32,000 nucleotides of DNA from the NCBI RefSeq assembly GCF_000015025.1, contig NC_008578.1, positions 180,001 to 212,000 of the forward strand, in the 5' to 3' direction. This DNA comes from Acidothermus cellulolyticus 11B. Lineage in GTDB: Bacteria > Actinomycetota > Actinomycetes > Acidothermales > Acidothermaceae. Within the stretch, counting starts at the first letter, position 1; each line of letters starts with the position of its first letter. The position numbers and the translations under genes were made by a program. Shown piece by piece: positions 1 to 8,339 of the stretch. Below the pieces are notes generated by a model. That model worked only from the letters and a program-made list of their open reading frames with translations. It did no database searches and had not been told where the DNA came from.

Positions 1-916
1 CGTATTTCCCGGTGTTGACGAACCAGCCGGTCCACGAGATGAGGTACGTGGCGAGCGGAACGAGAATCGTTGTCGCAAAAAGCCCGGGAACGTCCCGAAC
101 CGCCGTCGTGAGCGCCGGACGGGGCAGGCCGGCTGCCCGCCGTGCGCCCATCGTCCAGACGGAGGCGAGAACGCCGAATGCCGGGAGCAAGTAGACGCCG
201 TCCCACTTGGTCGCGCAGGCGGCTCCGAGGCAGAACATCGTGGCGATGAACCACCAGCGGACGCCGATGTGCGGCTGTTCGGCCGATGACGCGCCGCCGC
301 CGGTGGTGTCCGCCGCCCGGATCCGAGCGGCCGACCATGCAGCCAGCCGGGCCCGGACCTGGTCGCGGTCGAGGATGAGACAGGCAAAAGCCGCCACGAT
401 CCAGAACATCAGAAAGATGTCCAGCATCGACGTCCGGCTCTGTACGAATTCCAGGCCGTCGAGGCTGAACAGCAGCCCGGCGACGCACCCCAGCAGGGTC
501 GAGCGGGTCATCCGTCGGGCGGTGCGGGCGACGATGAGGACGGCGAGCGTCCCGACAACCGCGGCACTGAACCGCCAGCCGAGACTGTTGTCGCCGAAAA
601 TCCACTCACCAAATGCGATCATCCATTTGCCGAGCGGCGGATGGACGACATAGCCCGGCCCGTTGTCGGTGTTATTGAGCTCGACACCGTGGGTGAGGAG
701 GCTGTGCGCGTCGTGCGCGTAGTACACCTCGTCGAAAATCTTGGAGCTCGGATAGCTCAGATTGTGGAACCGGAGATATCCGGCGAATGCGGTGATGAGC
801 AACGGCCCAACCCAGCCGACGACCGGGTTGCCGGCGAACGCGGGGGCCAGGCGGTCGCGGATTACCCGTGCCTGGGTGCGCGATGCTACGAGCGGGGCCG
901 GCGGGGAGAGCGTCAC
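1..916 (-). CDS. pmt: Protein O-mannosyltransferase (GT39/PMT family), N-terminal ~305 codons; the gene runs off the left window edge
   Basis: Absent from the ORF track because it is open at position 1. My minus-strand translation from GTG (916..914) reads VTLSPPAPLVASRTQ...LLITAFAGYLRFHNLSYPSSKIFDEVYYAHDAHSLLTHGVELNNTDNGPGYVVHPPLGKWMIAFGEWIFG...LATYLISWTGWFVNTGKY. FDEVYY (loop-1 DE motif) and HPPLGKW are PMT/GT39 hallmarks, and there are several hydrophobic helices. Plus-strand ORFs 12..194, 207..653 and 641..946 are antisense shadows. The position next to rsmI matches Rv1002c/Rv1003 synteny. Confidence 0.8.
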   Translation of the reverse strand, partial: MTLSPPAPLVASRTQARVIRDRLAPAFAGNPVVGWVGPLLITAFAGYLRFHNLSYPSSKIFDEVYYAHDAHSLLTHGVELNNTDNGPGYVVHPPLGKWMIAFGEWIFGDNSLGWRFSAAVVGTLAVLIVARTARRMTRSTLLGCVAGLLFSLDGLEFVQSRTSMLDIFLMFWIVAAFACLILDRDQVRARLAAWSAARIRAADTTGGGASSAEQPHIGVRWWFIATMFCLGAACATKWDGVYLLPAFGVLASVWTMGARRAAGLPRPALTTAVRDVPGLFATTILVPLATYLISWTGWFVNTGKY

Positions 917-932
917 GGGCACATCGTAGGGG

Positions 933-2006
933 TCAGGAGAAGGTGACGCCCGCCGACGTCGGCGCGAGTTCCACCCACGCCCGCCCAGGCCGGAGCGGAA
1001 TCACCCGCCCGGCGTTGTCGCGGATCACCATGGGTGCAGTGAGCGACGAACGGCTCCACCGGCCGGCGATCCGCACGCCGTCGCGCAGCACCCAGCAGTC
1101 ACCGGAGCCGATGACCGTCGGCCACGGTTCGACCGCACCGGTGACGTCGCGAATACCGCTGTCCCGCAGGGTGACCCGGAGAATAACCACGTCGGTGGCC
1201 CAGACCTGGCTGCCGTCGGTGAGGATGTCGGCCCGTCCGTCCTGCCACCGCAGGTAACGCTGGCCGTCCCAACGCCAGTCCGCGGTCGCGGCGGCGAACC
1301 GGACGACGGCCTCCTGCGTTGGCGTCCCCGCTGCGGGAGCCGGAGAATACGTGAAGATTTGATGCGGCGGACCCATCGTCGGTGCGAGCTGCTCACCCCG
1401 TGCGTACAGCCTTGTCGTCGAATCGAAGATCTCGTGCGGAATCGGTCGCCCCGGGAGCTTGATGAACAGGCTGTTGTCCGCGTCGAAGGACATCAACACT
1501 GCGGTCGAATTCGCTTTGACCGGAGCGATTTCCAGATTGTTCGCACCGGAGTACGCGAAGTAGCCGCCGCCGAGGAGCCGGAGCAGGTCGCCGTCCACCG
1601 GGCGTGCGGACCGGATCGGCCCGACCAGGGCGGCGTCCTGGGACTGGAAGACGACGAACAGCCGGGTCAGTCCACCCTCGACCGGGGTGTCAACGACCAG
1701 ATCCGCGTTGTTCAAACCCGCTTGCGGGAACGAGCCGGCGACGTTGTCGACTTTGATGGCCAGCGACGGGCGGGTCGCGTTGGGACCGCCGGCGGGCATC
1801 CCGGTCAGTGGGAAGACCTGCAGCGGTGACGCGACGGCCGGCGACGGTGCCGGCGTCAGCGTGGTCACATCGGACGAGCTGTGGCCGGACGCCGACGGCT
1901 GGGCCGCTGACCGGTTCTGGTGCGGTGCTGTCGCGCATCCGGCGAGCAGTGTGCTGCTGATCACTGTGACGAGGAACGTCAACGAGCGGTGATGCGGTCG
2001 GGGCAT
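933..2006 (-). CDS. Secreted lipoprotein, DUF3048 (YerB-like) family
   Basis: 357-aa ORF. The N-terminus MPRPHHRSLTFLVTVISSTLLAGC has a lipobox (LAGC). The core PLTG...RPSLAIKVDNV...PQAGLNNADLVVDTPVEGGLTRLFVVFQS...VGPIRSARPVD matches my memory of the DUF3048 N-domain signature (PLTG / RP-AV-DN / GL--AD / EGGITR / GPVRSAR). Its stop at 933 lies 17 nt before the pmt GTG, so the two are probably co-transcribed. Confidence 0.75.
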   Translation of the reverse strand: MPRPHHRSLTFLVTVISSTLLAGCATAPHQNRSAAQPSASGHSSSDVTTLTPAPSPAVASPLQVFPLTGMPAGGPNATRPSLAIKVDNVAGSFPQAGLNNADLVVDTPVEGGLTRLFVVFQSQDAALVGPIRSARPVDGDLLRLLGGGYFAYSGANNLEIAPVKANSTAVLMSFDADNSLFIKLPGRPIPHEIFDSTTRLYARGEQLAPTMGPPHQIFTYSPAPAAGTPTQEAVVRFAAATADWRWDGQRYLRWQDGRADILTDGSQVWATDVVILRVTLRDSGIRDVTGAVEPWPTVIGSGDCWVLRDGVRIAGRWSRSSLTAPMVIRDNAGRVIPLRPGRAWVELAPTSAGVTFS

Positions 2007-2153
2007 GGGGGAACCATAGTGGCCGAAACTGAGAAATCCACGACGCCGTCCGACGAGTCGCCGGCAGGTTGGCTGCCTGAGTTGGCGGTCCCTGCTGCTG
2101 CCTGACGCGTCGGCAGCGTCGCTGCCCGGGTCGGCGGTCCCTGCTGCGGGGCT

Positions 2154-2951
2154 GTGGGGTCTGCCGGAGTCCCCTGCTCCGGCGTGTCCGTCTGCTTGGA
2201 TGACCCCGTGGGTGTTCTCGTTGTGGCGGCGACGCCGATCGGCACCGCGGAAGACGCCTCCCCGCGGTTACGCGAGGCGCTCGCAACCGCAGAGGTCGTG
2301 GCCGCCGAGGATACCCGCCGCGTACGGCGGCTCGCTGCGGCACTTGGCGTGCAGCTCGAGGGCCGTGTCGTGTCGTACTACGACGCAAATGAGCGGCAGC
2401 GGGCCCACGAATTGGTTGCGGAACTGCAGGCCGGACGGCGGGTCGTGCTCGTCACGGATGCGGGGATGCCGCTGCTGTCGGATCCCGGATATCGCCTGCT
2501 CACCGAGGCCATCGCCGCCGGAATTCCCGTGACGTGCATTCCCGGGCCCTCGGCGATTACGACGGCGCTGGTGGTGAGCGGGCTTCCGGTTGACCGATTC
2601 TGCTTCGAGGGATTTCTTCCCCGCAGGCAAGCCGGACGCCGATCCCGCCTCGCCGAGCTGGCGGATGAGCCGCGCACGATGGTGTTCTTTGAGGCGCCGC
2701 ATCGGCTGGCTGCGACATTGGCTGACATGGCGGCGGTTCTCGGTCCCGAGCGCCGCGCGGCGGCGTGCCGCGAACTCACCAAGACCTACGAAGAGGTCCG
2801 GCGTGGCAGCCTTGTCGAGCTTGCCTCCTGGGCGGCCTCCGGAGTACGCGGCGAAGTCACGCTTGTCGTCGCGGGTGCGCCGCGTGTCGCTCGTCCGAGC
2901 GGCCGGCGGGGGACCGTCGACGGCGATGGGACGGACCCCGGCTCACGGTGA
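2154..2951 (+). CDS. rsmI: 16S rRNA (cytidine1402-2'-O)-methyltransferase RsmI
   Basis: The translation VLVVAATPIGTAEDASPRLREALATAEVVAAEDTRRVRRL...LVTDAGMPLLSDPGYRLL...IPGPSAITTALVVSGLP..FCFEGFLP...FFEAPHRL carries typical tetrapyrrole-methylase-fold RsmI motifs (TPIG, AEDTR, DAG-P-SDPG, PGPSA, FEGFLP, FYE/FFE-PHR). The true start is more likely the in-frame GTG at 2208 (VGVLVVAATPIG). Confidence 0.88.
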   Translation: MGSAGVPCSGVSVCLDDPVGVLVVAATPIGTAEDASPRLREALATAEVVAAEDTRRVRRLAAALGVQLEGRVVSYYDANERQRAHELVAELQAGRRVVLVTDAGMPLLSDPGYRLLTEAIAAGIPVTCIPGPSAITTALVVSGLPVDRFCFEGFLPRRQAGRRSRLAELADEPRTMVFFEAPHRLAATLADMAAVLGPERRAAACRELTKTYEEVRRGSLVELASWAASGVRGEVTLVVAGAPRVARPSGRRGTVDGDGTDPGSR

Positions 2952-3160
2952 TTAACGAGAGCCGGCAGCCGCGGGCAATGCCCGGTTGCTGCGCCGGGTG
3001 CAGTTGCCGCGCACCGGGTGTGCACGCTGCGCCCCGGTGTGCCGCGCACCGGCCGTGCCCGGCGACGCCCGGCGGATCGGACACCGGCCGTGCCCGGCGA
3101 CGCCGCCGGTGACGCCGGTGTGACTCGATCTCGATTCCCCGCTCCCGATACCCTGAACGA

Positions 3161-4780
3161 GTGACCAAGACCTTCTACGTCACCACGCCGATCTATTACG
3201 TCAACGACGCGCCGCACATCGGGCACGCCTACACGACCGTGGCCGCTGATGTTTTAGCGCGCTGGCACCGGCAGCGGGGCGAGCCGGTCTGGTTCCTCAC
3301 CGGCACCGATGAGCACGGTCAGAAGGTGCTCCGTAGTGCGCAGGCCGGCGGGGCGTCCCCGCAGGAATGGGCCGATCGGCTGGTCGCGGAGGCGTGGCAG
3401 CCGACGTGGCGTGAGCTGGATATCTCCTACGACGATTTCATCCGCACCACCGAGCCGCGGCATACCGGTCGCGTGCAAGCGTTTCTCCAGCGCCTGTACG
3501 AAAAGGGCGAAATTTACGAAGGCGTCTATGAGGGGCCTTACTGTGTTGCGTGCGAGGAATTCAAGCTCCCCGGTGAACTGGTGTCCGGTGAGGGAGAATA
3601 TGCGGGTCAGCAGGTCTGCCCCGTTCACCGTCGTCCGGTCGACCAGCTGAGTGAAACCAATTACTTCTTCCGGTTATCCAAGTACGCCGATGCGTTGCTG
3701 GACCACTACGCCGCCCATCCGGAAGCGGTGGAGCCGGAGAGTGCGCGCAACGAGGTGATGCAGTTCATTCGGCAGGGGCTGCAGGATCTGTCGATTTCCC
3801 GGTCAAGTTTCGACTGGGGCGTCAAGATTCCGTGGGACGATCGGCAGGTCGTCTACGTCTGGTTTGACGCGCTTTTGAATTACATCACGGCGATCGGATA
3901 CGACGCTCCCGATGAGACGATGCGGGCGCGCTTCGCATCGACGTGGCCTGCGGACGTCCACCTTGTCGGCAAGGATATTCTGCGCTTTCACGCCGTCATT
4001 TGGCCGGCGATGCTGCTCGCCGGCGGGCTGCCCCTTCCTCGCAAAGTATTCGCGCACGGTTGGCTCCTCGTCTCCGGCGAGAAGATGAGCAAGACGCGGC
4101 TGACCGGCATTGCGCCGACGCAGCTGACGGCGCACTTCGGCTCGGACGCCTTCCGGTATTACTTCCTCCGCTCGTTCCCGTTCGGTCAGGACGCCTCGTT
4201 CTCCTGGGAGGAGATGAGCGCCCGTTACACCGCGGAACTTGCCAATGGATTGGGTAATCTCGCGTCCCGCGTCACGGCGATGACCGGGCGGTACTTTGAC
4301 GGCGTGCTGCCTGTTCCCGGCGAGGTGACGGCGGCGGAGCAGCGGGTCGCCGATGTGTTGGCCGCGGTGGTTCCCGACGCGGACGCCGCGATGGACCGGC
4401 TTGACTTTTTCACGGCCCTGGCGCGCATTTGGGACCTCGTTCTCGTGCTCAATGGGTATCTCACCGAACAGCAGCCGTGGCAGCTCGCGAAACAGGACGA
4501 CGGCGAGGCACGCATCCGGCTGGCCACGGTGCTGTATACCGCAGCGGACGGCTTGCGCGCACTCGCGGTGCTTCTCAACGCCGTCATGCCTCGCGCGTGC
4601 AGCCGGTTGTGGGAGCAACTCGGTGCGGAGGCAACTCTTGGGCCGCTGGGCAGCCAACGCATCTCCGACACAGCCCGGTTCGGCGTCCTGCCGGCAGGAA
4701 GCCGGCTCACCAAGCGTGATCCGCTCTTTCCCCGGCTGGCCGAGGACGCCTCCGGGGGGCAGGCCGAGACATCGTCATGA
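3161..4780 (+). CDS. metG: Methionine--tRNA ligase (class I aaRS)
   Basis: 539 aa from a GTG start. HIGH motif (APHIGHAYT) near the N-terminus, KMSKS motif (KMSKTR), a zinc-knuckle-like CVACEEF...CPVHRRP segment and a WPADVHLVGKDILRFH block. Confidence 0.97.
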   Translation: MTKTFYVTTPIYYVNDAPHIGHAYTTVAADVLARWHRQRGEPVWFLTGTDEHGQKVLRSAQAGGASPQEWADRLVAEAWQPTWRELDISYDDFIRTTEPRHTGRVQAFLQRLYEKGEIYEGVYEGPYCVACEEFKLPGELVSGEGEYAGQQVCPVHRRPVDQLSETNYFFRLSKYADALLDHYAAHPEAVEPESARNEVMQFIRQGLQDLSISRSSFDWGVKIPWDDRQVVYVWFDALLNYITAIGYDAPDETMRARFASTWPADVHLVGKDILRFHAVIWPAMLLAGGLPLPRKVFAHGWLLVSGEKMSKTRLTGIAPTQLTAHFGSDAFRYYFLRSFPFGQDASFSWEEMSARYTAELANGLGNLASRVTAMTGRYFDGVLPVPGEVTAAEQRVADVLAAVVPDADAAMDRLDFFTALARIWDLVLVLNGYLTEQQPWQLAKQDDGEARIRLATVLYTAADGLRALAVLLNAVMPRACSRLWEQLGAEATLGPLGSQRISDTARFGVLPAGSRLTKRDPLFPRLAEDASGGQAETSS

Positions 4781-5601
4781 GTGATTACCGGCCGGCGGCG
4801 ACCGAGCGTCCAGCGCCGCCGATCCCACCGCGGCTCGCCGCACCCGCGGTCGACGCGCACTGCCATGTGGATCTTCTCGACGTGCCGGTGGCTGAGGCGG
4901 TTGCTGCGGCGCGGGCGGCCGGTGTCGAACGGCTCGTCACCGTGGGGTACTCCGTGCCGAGCTCCCAATGGTGTGCGCGGGTCGCGGAGGAACACGCGGA
5001 AGTGGTCGCGGCCGTCGCTGTGCATCCGAACGACGCAATGGACGCCGACGCAGACGCTCTCGGCGTTATTGCGGAGCTTGCGGCATTGCCACAGGTACGG
5101 GCGGTCGGCGAGACGGGTTTGGATTATTACTGGAAGCGCACCGATCCCGCGGTGCAGCAGGAGATTTTCCGTCGGCACATTGACATCGCCAAGCAGCTCG
5201 GCAAGGCGCTGGTCATTCACGACCGCGATGCGCACGCGGATGTGCTGCGAATTCTCGATGAGGTCGGCCCACCCGAACGGACGGTCTTCCACTGTTTTTC
5301 CGGCGACCTCGCCATGGCTAAAATGTGCGTGGAAAAAGGCTATTTTCTGTCCTTCTCCGGCACCGTCACCTTCAAGAACGCACCAGACGTTCGTGAAGCA
5401 GCCGCCTGGACGCCGTTGGACGCGATGCTCGTCGAGACGGATGCGCCGTTTCTCACGCCGATGCCCTATCGCGGGCACCGGAACGGGCCGTATCTCGTCG
5501 CCCTCACCATTCGAGCCATCGCCGCATTGAAAGGCGTCCCGGAGGAGGAGGTCGCAACCCGGACGGCAGCGAACGCCCTGCAGGTCTTCGGTTCGTGGTA
5601 G
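4777..5601 (+). CDS. tatD: TatD-family metal-dependent hydrolase (DNase)
   Basis: 274 aa. Motifs VDAHCHVD, AVAVHPN, AVGETGLDYYW, QQEIFRRHIDIAKQLGKALVIHDRDAH, VFHCFSG, SFSGTVTFKNA and VETDAPFLTP are TatD/YcfH signatures. The ATGA overlap with the metG stop (4777-4780) suggests translational coupling. Confidence 0.92.
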   Translation: MSDYRPAATERPAPPIPPRLAAPAVDAHCHVDLLDVPVAEAVAAARAAGVERLVTVGYSVPSSQWCARVAEEHAEVVAAVAVHPNDAMDADADALGVIAELAALPQVRAVGETGLDYYWKRTDPAVQQEIFRRHIDIAKQLGKALVIHDRDAHADVLRILDEVGPPERTVFHCFSGDLAMAKMCVEKGYFLSFSGTVTFKNAPDVREAAAWTPLDAMLVETDAPFLTPMPYRGHRNGPYLVALTIRAIAALKGVPEEEVATRTAANALQVFGSW

Positions 5602-5955
5602 CAGGGCCCGGCGCTGAGAGATAGCTCACATCGGCTGTTGCGTCGCTTCTCGGCGCGGCGGCGGACGCCCGGAGCTGGTTGACCGCGGGGCGGCGTAATC
5701 CGGGGCAACCTCGCCGCGGCGGCGACCCTCCCCGGCCGCTGCGCGGCGGGCTCGCGCGTCGACGACCCCGTCGATTTCCCGGCCGTCGTCCACCCGGCCC
5801 CTGCGCGGCGGACTTGCGGAGGCGGTGGCCGGTTGTTACCGTCGCTGTGGCGTCCAGCGGCTGCTGGATGTCCGCCGGGGTGGGACGGCCGTAAGAATTA
5901 CGCTTATGTGATTCCGGCTGTTCACGTCACCGGCAGGCCGAGTCCGGGGAGTGTT

Positions 5956-7062
5956 GTGCGCAAGCGGCTCATTCTGGCGACCGGCTCCGGTTTGGTCGCA
6001 GCGGCGGTGCTCTCCGCTGCAGCCGGCTATGCGGCTCACCAAGCATCCGTTGTCCTCGTTGTCGACGGCCACGTGCAGCACGTTCGCACGCATGCCCGCA
6101 GTGTGGCCGACGTGTTGAAGAAGCAGCACATTGCTGTCGGTCCGCACGATTCTGTCACGCCGGCGACGAACTCCCGGATTCACGACGGGCAAACGGTAAC
6201 CGTTACGCACGGCCGATTGTTGACTGTCACTGTCGATGGCGTCACCCGCCGAGTATGGGTCGCGGCCAACAGCGTTGCCGACGCGCTGCGGTACATCGGT
6301 ATTCGTACGGCAGGCGCGCGCCTCTCGGTGAACCGGTTCGCGCGCGTCCCGTTATCCGGCATGGACATTTCCATCAACCTCCCGCACACGCTCTCCGTTG
6401 TCGTCGACGGGCGGGTGCAGAGCATCGTCACCACAGACGACACAATCGGCGGCGCCCTGCAGAGTGCCGGTATCCGGCTGAACCCAGATGACGAAGTCTC
6501 GGTTCCGTTGGAGGAACGGCCTGCTGACGGCGTGACGGTCGTCATCACCCGGATAACAATCGGTCAGACGACCGAGCAGGTTCCGATTCCGTATAACACG
6601 GTCACCACATACGATTCCTCGCTCTACGTCGGAACACGGAAAGTCTCCCAGTTGGGGCATAACGGCGTCCTTGTCCGGACGTACCGGGTCACGTATGCGA
6701 ACGGAACGGAGCGCAGCAAGCAGTTGCTGTCGTCGCAGGTCAGCGTTCCACCGACACCTCAAGTTGTGCTGGTCGGCACCAAACCCATTCCGGTCGCACC
6801 CGCGCCGACATACTCCGTAAAATCCGACGGTTTGAACTGGGCCGCGCTCGCCCGGTGCGAATCAGGCGGCCGACCGAATCTCGTGGATCCCCCGTATTAC
6901 GGGCTGTACCAATTCACCCTGCCCACCTGGCGGGCCGTTGGCGGCCGGGGGTTGCCGAGCGATGCATCGCCGTCCGAACAGACGTACCGCGCCCAGCTCC
7001 TTTACCAGCGGAGCGATTGGCGGCGGCAGTGGCCCGTCTGTGGGCATTATCTCTTCAGCTGA
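5956..7062 (+). CDS. rpfB: Resuscitation-promoting factor RpfB-like (3x DUF348, G5, Rpf transglycosylase domain)
   Basis: The ORF is open from 5833 (TTG). I prefer GTG 5956 (VRKRLILATGSGLVAAAVLSAAAGYAA is a membrane anchor/signal; GGGGAG lies 4 nt upstream). GTG 5908 is an alternative. There are repeated V.VDG....V.T....V.D.L units (DUF348), then a G5-like segment (ITIGQTTEQVPIPYNTVTTYDSSLYVGTRKVSQLGHNGVLVRTYRVTYANGTE). The C-terminus WAALARCESGGRPNLVDPPYYGLYQFTLPTWRAVGG is the Rpf lysozyme-like domain with the catalytic Glu in CESGG. Confidence 0.9.
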   Translation: MRKRLILATGSGLVAAAVLSAAAGYAAHQASVVLVVDGHVQHVRTHARSVADVLKKQHIAVGPHDSVTPATNSRIHDGQTVTVTHGRLLTVTVDGVTRRVWVAANSVADALRYIGIRTAGARLSVNRFARVPLSGMDISINLPHTLSVVVDGRVQSIVTTDDTIGGALQSAGIRLNPDDEVSVPLEERPADGVTVVITRITIGQTTEQVPIPYNTVTTYDSSLYVGTRKVSQLGHNGVLVRTYRVTYANGTERSKQLLSSQVSVPPTPQVVLVGTKPIPVAPAPTYSVKSDGLNWAALARCESGGRPNLVDPPYYGLYQFTLPTWRAVGGRGLPSDASPSEQTYRAQLLYQRSDWRRQWPVCGHYLFS

Positions 7063-7182
7063 CCGCGTGGTAACATACCCACATCTTTTCAACGGATCAC
7101 GCCGTGAATATCCACGAATTTTCTCGCACTCATACGGTTTGGGCTCCGGTTTTCCGGCGCGGCGTCAACGTACCATGAGGTC

Positions 7183-8055
7183 GTGTCAGACGCTGGTCAT
7201 GTCGACGCGGTGTGCAAGCCGCTCGGCGCTGCGGACATTCGGGAGCTCGCGCGGAGTGCCGGAGTCCGGCCGCGCAAGACATTCGGCCAGCATTTTGTTG
7301 TCGATCCCGGAGTGCTGCGGAAAATCGCGCGATATGCCGAATTGTCGTCCGAGGACATCGCGCTTGAGATCGGCCCTGGTTTCGGTTCCCTCACCCTGGT
7401 GCTGTTGCCGCTGGTCCGTCGCCTGCTTGCCGTCGAGATTGACCGAGTGCTGGCCGCCGTCCTGCCGGAGACGATTCGTCGTCGCTGTCCGGCGTTCGCC
7501 GACCGGCTCGTGGTCGTCCACGGTGACGTTCTGCGGCTGACAACTCTCCCGGACGATCCAACGGTTCTTGTCGCCAACTTGCCCTACAACGTGGCGGTAC
7601 CCGCCGTGCTGCGGGTATTCGAGCGATTTTCCACCGTGACGCGGACGGTCATCATGGTGCAACGGGAGGTGGCCGAGCGGCTCTGCGCGGATCCCGGTTC
7701 ACCTGCGTACGGTGCGCCCTCGATAAAACTGCGGTGGTACGGTCGGGCGAGGATCGTCGGCTCGGTCTCCGCCGACGTCTTCTGGCCGCGGCCGCAGGTG
7801 GAATCCGCCGTGGTGCGGATCGATCGGCAGCCGCCGCCCGTTCCCGGGGTCGACCGCGCGGCGGTCTTTGCCGTCATTGACGCCGCATTTGCCCAGCGGC
7901 GGAAGATGTTGCGGCGCGCGCTGAGCGGCTGGGCCGGTTCGGCACAGGCGGCCGAGGAGCGGATCCTTGCCGCCGGCCTTCGGCCGACCGACCGGGGCGA
8001 GGCATTGACTCTCGCTGACTTTATTCGACTGGCACAGGCACCGCCGACTCGATAG
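7183..8055 (+). CDS. rsmA: 16S rRNA (adenine1518/1519-N6)-dimethyltransferase KsgA/RsmA
   Basis: 290 aa. Motifs KTFGQHFVVD, LEIGPGFGSLT (SAM-binding glycine loop), ANLPYNVAVP and FWPRPQVESAVVRI are KsgA/Erm-family signatures. Its position after rpfB matches Rv1009/Rv1010. Confidence 0.94.
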   Translation: MSDAGHVDAVCKPLGAADIRELARSAGVRPRKTFGQHFVVDPGVLRKIARYAELSSEDIALEIGPGFGSLTLVLLPLVRRLLAVEIDRVLAAVLPETIRRRCPAFADRLVVVHGDVLRLTTLPDDPTVLVANLPYNVAVPAVLRVFERFSTVTRTVIMVQREVAERLCADPGSPAYGAPSIKLRWYGRARIVGSVSADVFWPRPQVESAVVRIDRQPPPVPGVDRAAVFAVIDAAFAQRRKMLRRALSGWAGSAQAAEERILAAGLRPTDRGEALTLADFIRLAQAPPTR

Positions 8056-8171
8056 TTTTCGAAGACGCTCCCCGATTGCGCGGTACCTGACCGGACGACA
8101 GATTGCACGTCCCGTTGGGCCAGAAGTGCGGTTATGTGCGTCGCGATCATACTTCCGCTTGGCACATCGGC

Positions 8172-8200
8172 TTGACAGCTGCCGCAGGCTCTCCTACCGT
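8172..8200 (+). promoter_or_regulatory. Candidate sigma-A type promoter of the esterase gene (TTGACA-17 nt-TACCGT)
   Basis: TTGACA at 8172-8177, an exact 17-nt spacer, then TACCGT (TAnnnT) at 8195-8200. The same architecture is found upstream of the xylanase gene (10732-10760). Sequence pattern only. Confidence 0.45.
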
Positions 8201-8216
8201 TACGCCGAACCCTCAT

Positions 8217-8246
8217 TTGTTGCCGAAACTTTCAGAGGCGGCTGGA
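8217..8246 (+). promoter_or_regulatory. 30-bp box TTGTTGCCGAAACTTTCAGAGGCGGCTGGA, copy 1 (candidate operator / leader element)
   Basis: Identical 30-mer at 10779-10808. Both copies start 17-19 nt downstream of the putative -10 hexamers. It contains the odd palindrome GAAA-C-TTTC. The flanks on both sides have diverged while the 30-mer has not. Confidence 0.5.
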
Positions 8247-8339
8247 GATCGGCGCAGGGGTTACGGGGGACGGCTGCCGCCACGGTGAGCGACATCGTCG
8301 GCGGCGGTACACGTCACCGTTCCAACAAAGGAGACTTCC

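Noticed and set aside
2023-2040. GCCGAAACT shared with the 30-bp box (GGCCGAAACTGAGAAATCC) upstream of rsmI
   Set aside because: Only 9 nt match, and the TTTC half of the palindrome is missing. This is most likely chance.
4225-5478. 417-aa minus-strand ORF. Similar long antisense ORFs occur at 3803..4657, 23695..24831, 24728..26014, 28447..29649, 19980..21083, 13228..14043 and 30057..30779
   Set aside because: All lie antisense to genes with clear family motifs (metG/tatD, ideR/ABC, phoH2, efeU/efeO, ispE, ripA-like). They have Arg-rich, low-complexity composition. These are the usual stop-codon-poor shadow ORFs of high-GC DNA.
5690-5905. Possible ydaO (c-di-AMP) riboswitch upstream of rpfB, suggested by GUAAUCC near the 5' end and GUAAG...ACGC near the 3' end
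   Set aside because: The core conserved blocks I remember for ydaO are absent or out of order (ACGGGGGACCCA, GGGGUGAAUC, CCGAACCCG-CAGCUAACC). Only a generic leader finding is kept.
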